From Glycera tridactyla (taxonomy: Eukaryota), in NCBI GenBank assembly GCA_965644265.1, contig OZ286475.1, positions 31,496,001 through 31,560,000 on the forward strand: DNA of 64,000 nt. Reading direction: 5' to 3'. Positions 55,234 through 64,000 of the stretch are shown here, one piece after another. Both the position numbers and the translations under genes were made by a program. Numbering within the stretch: the stretch's first letter is position 1; each line of letters opens with the position of its first letter. The notes under the pieces were generated by a model. The model did no database searches. It saw only the letters and a program-made list of their open reading frames with translations, and was not told the origin of the DNA.

Positions 55234-56138
55234 TACGGTGGCTGGGAAGGGACATGGGTAAGAATAATTTTATCACGTTCCCACGTAATACTATCACGTT
55301 CCCACTCGATAACTATCATGTTCCCACTTGATAACTATCACGTTCCCACTTGATAACTATCACGTTCCCACTTGATGCTATCATTTGATATGGAGATTAG
55401 TTTGTGATTGAGTAGAGGAGTGTCCAGACGTAATCAACACAGTCATAATGAATGGCTTCAGAATGGCTGTATATGTCTTACACAATACAGGTACGAACAA
55501 CTGAAGCTCGTCAGATACGGAAAAGCTGACCTAATAATGAAGGCAAAGCCAAGAGATGTGTCGTTCATTTCAGGTGTTACACAATACAGACAGAGCTAAT
55601 GGGACAAAATATGGCAAAAACTGCATGCATCATTCTGTGAATGTCTGGTGAAAATTGCATGTAAAATAAATGAGTAGTTGTGCAGCCAATAACTCACATG
55701 TAAAATTTTAAAAAAGCCCAATAATATCCAAAAAAATAATCTCATCTTGAAACTCTGACAATATGCACTGCAGAATGTGAAGAGGATCATTCTGTGAAAG
55801 ATTGGTGAAAATCCCATGTGAAACGAAGAAAGTGTGACGGACAGACTGATGTACTGATGGAGTTTGGGTGTGTGTGCATTTGGGGGGCGCAGGTGGGTAT
55901 GGGTGGGGGATAGGGGTTGGGTATGTGTGTGTGTGGGGGGGGGTAGTGGAAGTCCCTATTGTGTTCCATGCTAATCTACATATCAAATGATAGCATCAAG
56001 TGGGAACGTAACAGTTATCAAGTGGGAACGTGATAATTACCAAGTGGGAACGTGATAGTTATCAAGTGGGAACATGATAGTTATTACGTGTGAACGTGAT
56101 AAAAATATTTTTACTCATGTCCCTCCCCAGCCACCATA
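55234..56138. mobile_element. Non-autonomous DNA transposon, IS3EU-like (TAC...ATA termini, 6-bp TSD), with ~165-bp TIRs
   Basis: TACGGTGGCTGGG... / ...CCCAGCCACCATA. GTTTTC is duplicated at 55228-55233 and 56139-56144. The TIRs contain 22-bp ATCACGTTCCCACTTGATAACT repeats. Confidence 0.75.
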
Positions 56139-57519
56139 GTTTTCTTGGCCCGAGCGTCCAAATATTTGGTCACTTGTTGCTTTAATATGGGTACCCTCAT
56201 GTTATCAACGTTCTTGGGGGCATGCAAGGGTTTCATGAGATCATTAATGGTGTGATCTAGAGTTTCCTTAACCTGTAAATTATCTAATGCTTCTGCAAGC
56301 TCTTTCTCAATATCGTCCCCTCATGCCTCGTCTGGTTTGCTTTTTGCGCCCAATTTGGCGAAAAACGGGCTTTCGGCAGAGGACATGGAAGTAGTGGTGT
56401 CAGAGGCGGACACAGTGAAGTGTTAGTAGCCATAGTACCGTGACAGCCACAGTGGCTGGCGGCGTTGTAGGAGTTCCGGTTACCGCGGTCATAGTGGTCG
56501 CCCCTCCCGTAGAGCTCTGCCCCGCAGCCGTGACTGTTGACGACCCGGAGCTAGTGGTACATGCTGTTGTGACCTGAACCGGGACTGGGCCCTGCACCGT
56601 CACACCTACGTTACCTACCCCTGTCATGCTCTACATGATTGGGCCAAGTAACCCCAAGGGCGTAAGTGCTGTGTTTTGCCCTAGTAACCCTGGTAGGTTC
56701 GGTTGTAGATGGGCCAGGATATTCGGCCATCCCATCCAAATCACCCCTCCAGGCCATTGGCCCAAGACCGCCGCTGGCTGTTTGCCTGCCACTACCCGTG
56801 AAGCGCTTGTCAGTGTGGTGGGAGGAGTGCAGGTGACTATGCTCACACTACTATCCTGTGTGGGGCCACTGTAGGACCCTGGGCAACTTTTAATTTCCCC
56901 TTTGAATTCGCAATGATTCCCCTGAATGCAGCCGCCCCATCGTCCCCTGACGAGGATATTTCTCCCTCTTCAATCTGGTGTCCTCCTCCGAGGCTTTCTA
57001 CCCTTGAAGCTTGACCCATCATCGGACTCTCCAAAAGCATCAGTTTCTGAATCTGAAGACCAAGGGTTGGGCCTAGGACCCTTCCTAATCCCTTTGCCAT
57101 GTAAATGTGGACTCCCTGGTGGTCCCATGACTTTTTTGCCCCCTGAAGCCCCCTTGTGCTTCTTGGCAGTCAACCCTCTAGTTGGTGAGGCACGTCGTTG
57201 GTGGCTCTGTTTATGTCTGTTGGAATCAGTCCCTGATCCAGAACCCCTAGACTTGCCCCCCGAAGCCTTGGCTTTGTGGGCTCCACTACTCTTCCCTGAG
57301 TCCCACCTAGAACGTCTAGCCCTGTCTTGACCTAGCGGAGCTGGGTGACCTACTCCTGCGCAACTTGACCTGCGAAGTACAAGTTGTCACCCCCCCCCCC
57401 CCCCCGATGCGCCCCCGAGGTCACAGAGGTCCCAGGTTTGGAACTCAAAATGGTACAAATATTTGTGCCTGGCACCGTGGGTGCTACTAGAATTGTGGTA
57501 GGGGTCCTGTCGTCGCTGG

Positions 57520-60500
57520 CACCGAGGGTGTCACTAGAATCGGAATAAACAATCTTTTTCGTCCTGCCCTAATCAGAGCTACTCTCCTCAAATATGACTC
57601 CAGGGCTCTAACTGGACAGAGTATGGTACTAACTGTACCATCATGGTCTGGAATAGCCGGAATTCGGTGACTAGGCATTTCCATAACAGATTTTTGGCAA
57701 GAAAAAGGAAGTGATATAAGCTGAACACTAGACATATCTCTCAAGAATCTTATGGCTTCAGGCATTCCTGACAAAGATTGGAGCTCGCTAAGTCTCCTTC
57801 CAGATGCGAGAGCAAGATGAAACACTGTCTTAAGTGTTAAATCTTCTAAAGATACCTCTTCAAGATTACTGAAATGATGGCTATTCAAAAAAGATGATAC
57901 AAGAGGAAGGTTCCGAGCTGGAACTAGTTTCTTTTGAATAGGCCTCTCAAGGGCAAGATTCTTGAACATCCTTCTGAGGTCATAAGAATCAAGGATATCA
58001 TTGGCATAGACTGAAAAGACAGAAATCATCGCTGATTTATAACCTTTGAGGGTTTCCAGAGATTAACCCTGGTCCCAGAGTCTAGGGAAAAAATTAAAGA
58101 TACTGGCCAGAGGTGCAGAGACTGGATCATGCCAATGGTTCCTACACCACTGCGCCCATACTTCCCATCTGGCATCATAGTCTCTATTGGTGGACTCCCT
58201 GGTGGGTGCAGCAATTCTGTGGACTGCTTCAGCCGAGTAGCTCTTGGCGACAAGGGCTTCCCTGATAATCACCAGGCGTGAAGGTTGAGGACCTGAGGCT
58301 TGAAATGGTTCAGCCTCTTCCCCTTCACTACCTAGGTTCACAGGTTCCTCGACGCTGGCAGCTCCACTGGGTTGGTCACCGACAACTCCAGCAGATTGGG
58401 GAACCATGCTTGGTTGAGCCACCAGGGAGCCACGCATATAACTGTGATGTCCAGGTCGCGTATCCTGTTCAGGGAATATCTGACTAAAGAGGTTGGCGGG
58501 AAGACATACGCGGTCTGGAATTGAAACCAGTCGACGGAGAGAGTGTCCACTGCAAAGGCTGTCGGATCTGATACAGGACACAAGAATACGGGGAGCTTGT
58601 GATTGCCATAAGTGGCCATCAGATCCACCAACAGAGGATGAAGGAGAATTTCCTGGAAAATCTGAGTGTCCAGTTCCCATTCGGTCTGTATTGGTTTTGC
58701 TCTGGAAAGAGTGTCCGCCAATGCTTTCCTTTTCCCCGGTATATGGTTGATCCGAAGAAGGGCATTCCTTCTCCGGGCAAATGATCAAATCTGCCAGGCG
58801 AGGCCGCACAGAGGAGCGCTCTGCGTACCTCCCTGATTCTTCACATAAGCCACGGCTGTGGCATTGTCTGATAAAATCAGAACAATGACTTGGTGAAAAG
58901 GCCCTAGAGCTAAAAGGATGGCTTCTAGTTCTAGTGAGTTGATTGACCTGTCTAAATATTGTGACGGTCAATCCCCCGACACCTGGTCTCTCATGTTCTG
59001 ATCCACTAGATGCGCTCCCCAACCGGACAAAGACGCGTCTGTGGTAATCATTACCTCTGGAATTGGTTCTACTAGAGGAACCTCTGATAGTGAATTCTGC
59101 CTGTCCTTCCACCAATGAAGCATATACAGAACCTCTTGTGGAAGATCGATCATCATCTATAAACTGTCCTGATGAGGTCTCCACCTTGCCAGAAGGTACA
59201 GTTGTATTGGACGCATGTAAAGTCTTCCTGTCAAAACAAAGTCTGACAGGCTCACCATGTGACCCAATAACCGAAGCACTGCCCTTGCTGGCTGACAGGG
59301 TCTTCTGATGAATAGACGAAGGCACCCTTCAAGTTTCTGAATACGCTTCAGAGTCAGACGGACTAGACAAGACTGAGTGTCGAAGTCGACTCCTAGGTAG
59401 GTGAATTGTCAACGAGAAGTCAGCTCTGACTTCTCTTCGTTGACAATCCACCCAAAATCTTTGACTGTCTGAAGGACATACTCCATCTGAGATAAAAGTG
59501 TTGATTGGCATTGATGACGAATCAGCCAATAGTCTGAATATATAGATGCACTTTTATCCCCTGAGAGTGCAGATTTTGCGCCAGCCCTCTCAGGATCATC
59601 GTGAAGATTCTCTGTGCTGAGGCAAGACCAAAAGGAAGCGCCTGAAACTGGAACGCTGCTTGCCTCGACACCGCAAAACGAAGAAACTTCTGATGATCCT
59701 GTTGAATGGGGACATGGAAGTAGGCGTCCCGGAGGTCTATAGAAATTGACCAGTCTCCGGGAAGCACTGCTTTGACAACTGACCTCACTGTCTCCATCCT
59801 TAATCGTTGATTGTACAGCAACCTGTTCAATGGCTTTAAATTGATGACAGGGCGAGAACCTCCTGATGCCTTGGTCACCAAGAACAGGTTGCTGTAAAAG
59901 CCTGGATTGCAATCTGGAGGCAATTGGACCATGGCTCTCTTGTTTAACATCTTCTGAATTTCCTCCTCCAAAGCCAGGGCCTTCTAAGAACCTCGCTTGG
60001 GACCCCTGAACGGACAAAATACTTGAGACAGGGGAGGAGGCTGATTAAAGACTAAGGTCAATCCTTTCTGCACTATGTTCAATATGAACCTGTTTGTTGT
60101 TAACTTCTTCCATGCTGGTACAAAATTGGCTCTCTCTTTGCCTTCCCTACTGGTCTATCATAAGGTCTAGAGGTGTCTTTTGACTGACTGCCTGATGGAA
60201 TAGGCGCCATATACCCCATCTTAAAGTCATAATTCATGTTCCTCGGTTTCTTGGAGCGAGCCATGGATTCATCTGATGCCTTCTTGAGCCTTCCTCCAAA
60301 GAGGAAACTCTGGCCCAGAGGCAGCGACCAGAGCTGAGCTTTCGCTTGCTCGTCAACGTTAAGCGTTTTAAGTGCCACGGTTTGTCTATTCAATCCCATG
60401 TTTGCCGCTATCTTCGTGATCATGTATGTAGTGTGCTCTAAGGCTTTGGAGCCAATATCTAAACATAACTGTGCCTTTTCAGCAACTCCCGGGGTATCTT

Positions 60501-61311
60501 TCACGTCAGGATGTGTAGCACTGATACCCGCCGCTAGGGCGACATCTGCGTAAGACAAAATCTTTAATGTCTCTTCGAGCATAACTTCCTCCTGTGACGG
60601 TTTGAGTTCTGCTTTGGACACCTTTCCCCAGTTGGAATAATTGTTGTCTAACTCAGGTGTTGAAACCAAATGACCTTCTGTATGTCCTGTTGGTGGTTGG
60701 ATCCTGTAAACACGTGGATTACAGCCATACACAACTGGAAAGTTTGGCTTAGAAACCCTCTTCAGAGCTTCTGAGCTACCTTCCATCCCAGCTACGAATT
60801 CTTCCAAGGGTGCATCAATCTTGACAGAGAGCTGATTCTTAACCCTCCCCTGGAGATGCCGATCCAAAAACTTCAGAATATTGGGTATAAGAGGTGAAAT
60901 GGGCAAAGTCGTATCTGACAATTTTTCTCTCTCCTTCGATGCATTTTCCTTCTCATAGGCTGAATCTAATGCACTCTTTGTCATTCCCTGAAAATCCACT
61001 GTCTCTGTTTCAGGCTCTCCTACATAATGAGGGAGCATCTCTGCTGCAAACCTTCTAAAGCTCTGCATGCGACGCACGTGAGCTGGTCTTTCAGTCTCCC
61101 CTTCCACTACCTCTACTGATTTCTGATCTTTATTTCTGACCTCTTCTCTAAGGTCGATAATCTCTTGCCTAAGGCTACAGATCAGTGTTTGTGTGGACTT
61201 CTTTCCAACACTATCATCTGGATTTCCCCTCACATTATCCATGTCTGGACCAGTATTAACAACTGTTAATGGTGGTTCACCACCAGTATCAGTTGACCTC
61301 AACTTTTTCAT
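57520..61311 (-). mobile_element. Decayed DIRS1-like retrotransposon B (gag, RT, RNase H, MT, overlapping YR ORF), 3'-truncated
   Basis: gag 60100-61311; RT GFYSNLFLV / RPVINLKPLN / SIDLRDAYFHVPI / ALPFGL; TTDASLSGWGA RNase H; VDLMAT...YVFPPT MT; YR STNRDYDARW, LKTVFHLALASGRRLSEL and LCPVRAL. Long overlapping ORF 58063-59325, typical of DIRS. Confidence 0.9.
60100..61311 (-). CDS. DIRS ORF1 / Gag-like protein (403 aa)
   Basis: Long ORF directly upstream of the DIRS RT, with LPISPLIP and QLWSLPLGQSFLFGG motifs typical of DIRS ORF1. Confidence 0.7.
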   Translation of the reverse strand: MKKLRSTDTGGEPPLTVVNTGPDMDNVRGNPDDSVGKKSTQTLICSLRQEIIDLREEVRNKDQKSVEVVEGETERPAHVRRMQSFRRFAAEMLPHYVGEPETETVDFQGMTKSALDSAYEKENASKEREKLSDTTLPISPLIPNILKFLDRHLQGRVKNQLSVKIDAPLEEFVAGMEGSSEALKRVSKPNFPVVYGCNPRVYRIQPPTGHTEGHLVSTPELDNNYSNWGKVSKAELKPSQEEVMLEETLKILSYADVALAAGISATHPDVKDTPGVAEKAQLCLDIGSKALEHTTYMITKIAANMGLNRQTVALKTLNVDEQAKAQLWSLPLGQSFLFGGRLKKASDESMARSKKPRNMNYDFKMGYMAPIPSGSQSKDTSRPYDRPVGKAKREPILYQHGRS

Positions 61312-62464
61312 TTTAGACCACCAGTCTGGTGCTCTCTTGACCCTTTTTAGTGTCGATGTGGTTGACCTGGCATCATGTAGTCACCCACATACTCACACAT
61401 ACACGCACACTTGTTAAGCATCATTGCTTCATATGCTGCCGTCAATTGTTCAGGCTGCCCTTGTTGTGGTGATTTTGGTAGGTAGCTTCAGCTTTGTAGC
61501 ACCAGAACGGGCGAGGGTACGTTTGCTAACTACTACATAGAGGTACTTCACTCCAACTTGAAACGTAGGTCAGTATTGTAAGTTGACTTGTCCGTCAGTT
61601 TACCAGTCCAGACTCGGAGTCCTTTGTGCACTAACTTCCTTGGCAGCTGGACGACACGGAATCTCTCATGTTGCATTTGGCTCAGTATGTCGTGAAGTCG
61701 CCGACACGGTTTCGTCACGACACACAGTTGAGGCAATAACTTTGATGTCATTTGATGTCGCCGAAATGGTTCCGTCCTGACACGGGTCAACGCAGACAAA
61801 TTGTTCCCATGGATGATTTACCATGATGTTGCCAAGACGGATTTGACATGGTGCTGGTTGATGTGATAGTGGGGATCTTGACTCATTTCTGCGAGATGAG
61901 AGATCAATGATGTTACCGGGACGGTTCCGTCATGACACTCGACAGGAGAAATGATGGCAGTTGTCAATTATCTTTATGTTGCTGCGACTTCACTGATAAG
62001 ATCACGATAAGATGCTGTCAGTGCTGTGATTACGTCGGTGTTGACTGTTATTCACTGGATTAAGTGCAGAGATGTCACCGAGGCGGTTTTCTCTGAGCAC
62101 TTAACAGGAAGGAAGTGCAAGTCATCAATGGTTAGGAATATGTTGCTGTAGCTTCCCTGAAGGATTCAAGCAAGTGAAGCAGGCAACAATATGGTTACTA
62201 CCAAGTTGAACTACTCTCGTCGGGTCAAAGTGCACTGATGTCACCGAGACGGTTTTGTCATGGCAATCAACTGGCGACTTGATGCTGGTTTCTATCAGTA
62301 GCTCCACACTCTATAATTTTCAAGGTAATACTGGTCATGATACAGTCACCATGAGATTAACCGACTCCCTCCAGGCTCGGGCCTTCATATGGCTACTGCG
62401 ATGCTAATAGACTGCGAGGGTCATGCCATGATGTCACTGAGACGGTTTCGTCATGGCACGTTTT

Positions 62465-63071
62465 TTATTTAATATTGCTGGCAGAAGGCAATGTATGACT
62501 ATCACTGATATCCCCAATGTCATCGGCATTCCACCACTGTTGAAAGTGCAAATGTCGCCACGATGCCAACACGCGAGCATCATGGCACCACCATGATCTT
62601 GGCATGACAGGAATATAGCAGAGATGCTGGTCGCTAAAGCGACTTCGCAGAAAGGAGAGAAGATCAACATATTCCGGTTTGATTTGATCCCTCCATATTA
62701 CTATAGTCATCAGTTGTGTTCTGCTCTAGTAAATGGGTTAAGTAGCTATGGCAATCGTCGGCATCATTGGATTCGATTAGAAGGATTACGATATCTGGTA
62801 TGAATTTTCAGTTCTGGGATGCTGTCCAATGATCACCGAGCTCAGCTTGTTCAGCGGGATGCATGTCGAGTCCCATAAGATTCTGCCTAAGAGACCAAAT
62901 TTTGGACCCTCCTACGCCTAGATATTTCACATTTTCTTTAGTTAGGAATGCACTTGGAGGATCAGATTCCTTCATGTTTGACATGTGGCGTCGCAGTCTT
63001 ACTGCGTGTGAGTCCCCTATGAATAGAATGTTCGGCGATGATTGTCTGTAGCCGCTGTCGTTTGGTAGCAC
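62465..63071 (-). pseudogene. Disrupted SGNH/GDSL hydrolase fragment
   Basis: ILFIGDSH (block I), YLGVGG (block II); after an in-frame TGA, PDIVILLIESND (block III); after a frameshift, LRSRFSDQHLCYIPVMPR. Confidence 0.7.
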
Positions 63072-63074
63072 GTT

Positions 63075-64000
63075 TGTCAGGGTCTAATATGGGCAGTGAA
63101 CCCTAACTGGATGCGCTGCCCATATAAGGCCAAGTCCCATATAAGACCCTTACCGGTCAGGGTCCGATGTGGGCAGTAGCTGTTAACTGGAATCGCTGCC
63201 CACATAACGATCACTACCCATATAAGACCCTGACTGGTCAGGGTCTAATATGGGCAGTAGGCCTAACATGGGACTAGCCTATTTCCCAACCAAACATAGA
63301 ACTTTTAGCCCTATAAACCAACCTATCAGGTCACTCTGATTGACTATGCATGTTCATGTCTACATTGCATATAATAAGCTAGCCGAAATTGACCATTCCC
63401 CATGTCAGAACACCAGTCAGGATCTAATATGGGTAGTAGGCCTAATATGGGACTAGCCTATTTCCCGATCAAACATACAACTTTTAGCCCTATAAACCAA
63501 CCTATTAGGTCACTCTGATAGACCATGCATGTTCATGTCCACATTGCATATCATAAGCTAGCCGAAATTGACCATTTCCCATATGAGAACACCAGTCAGG
63601 GTCAAATATGGGTAGTAGGCCTAATATGGGACTAGCCTATTTCCCGACCAAACATACAACTTTTAGCCCTATAAACCAACCTATTAGGTCACTCTGATTG
63701 ACCATGCATGTTCATGTCCACATTGCATATCATAAGCTAGCCGAAATTGACCGTTTCCAATATAAGGACACCAGTCAGGGTCTAATATGGGTAGTAGACC
63801 TAATATGGGACAAGCCTATTTCCCGACCAAACATACTACTTTTAGCCCTATAGACCAACCTATCAGGTCACTCTGATTGACCATGCATGTTCATGTCCAC
63901 ATTGCATATCATAAGCTAGCCGAAATTGACAATTTCCCATATAAGAACACCAGTCAGGGTCTAATATGGGTAGTAGGCCTAATATGGGACTAGCCGATTT
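63075..64000. repeat. 179-bp tandem satellite (from ~63235) preceded by ~80-bp related units containing inverted repeats
   Basis: GGTCTAATA-like anchor at 63242, 63421, 63600, 63779, 63958 (period 179). GTCAGGGTCTAATATGGG is inverted relative to CCCATATAAGACCCTGAC at the start. Confidence 0.92.

Larger units (their letters stand above)
51930..57400 (-). mobile_element. Decayed DIRS1-like tyrosine-recombinase retrotransposon A (ORF1/gag, RT, RNase H, adenine methyltransferase-like domain, YR), interrupted at 55234-56138
   Basis: RT YRMIINLK / ALDLQDAY / LPMGLSMGPRLF / YLED; SDASDAGW RNase H; HIPGLENTTADALSR; DLFAT...YVFCPF MT; YR WLPSTQRQY, LIALASSQRVQT and FTAHST..AATS..KAADWS. Many frameshifts. 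Boundaries approximate. Confidence 0.88.

Noticed and set aside
58063-59325. 420-aa ORF overlapping DIRS RT/RH as a novel gene
   Set aside because: It is the known overlapping N-terminal extension of the DIRS YR ORF.

Overview
Eukaryotic, repeat-rich DNA with three assembly gaps, probably from an invertebrate (inference). The main feature is a 21,658-bp, apparently intact and very recently inserted Ty3/Gypsy-type retrovirus-like element (1659-23316). It has near-identical 2,843-bp TG...CA LTRs, a GCGTG target-site duplication and a tRNA-Ala-like primer binding site. It encodes gag, pol in the -1 frame (protease, degenerate dUTPase-like segment, RT, RNase H, integrase, chromodomain) and a class I fusion env with an unusual second membrane segment. 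It also carries candidate accessory ORFs: a catalytically degenerate SGNH-fold protein, a poly-Leu membrane ORF, and an LTR-encoded Cys-rich ORF with an LxCxE motif. It lacks a polypurine tract; paired hairpins sit at that position instead. The rest of the window holds exons of a minus-strand host gene for a secreted PAN/Apple-domain protein, a CR1/L2-type LINE fragment, several MITEs, a 5.7-kb 54-bp minisatellite with higher-order structure, two decayed DIRS-type tyrosine-recombinase retrotransposons (one interrupted by an IS3EU-like element), an SGNH pseudogene fragment and a 179-bp satellite. All domain calls are from motif recognition by eye; no database search was run.
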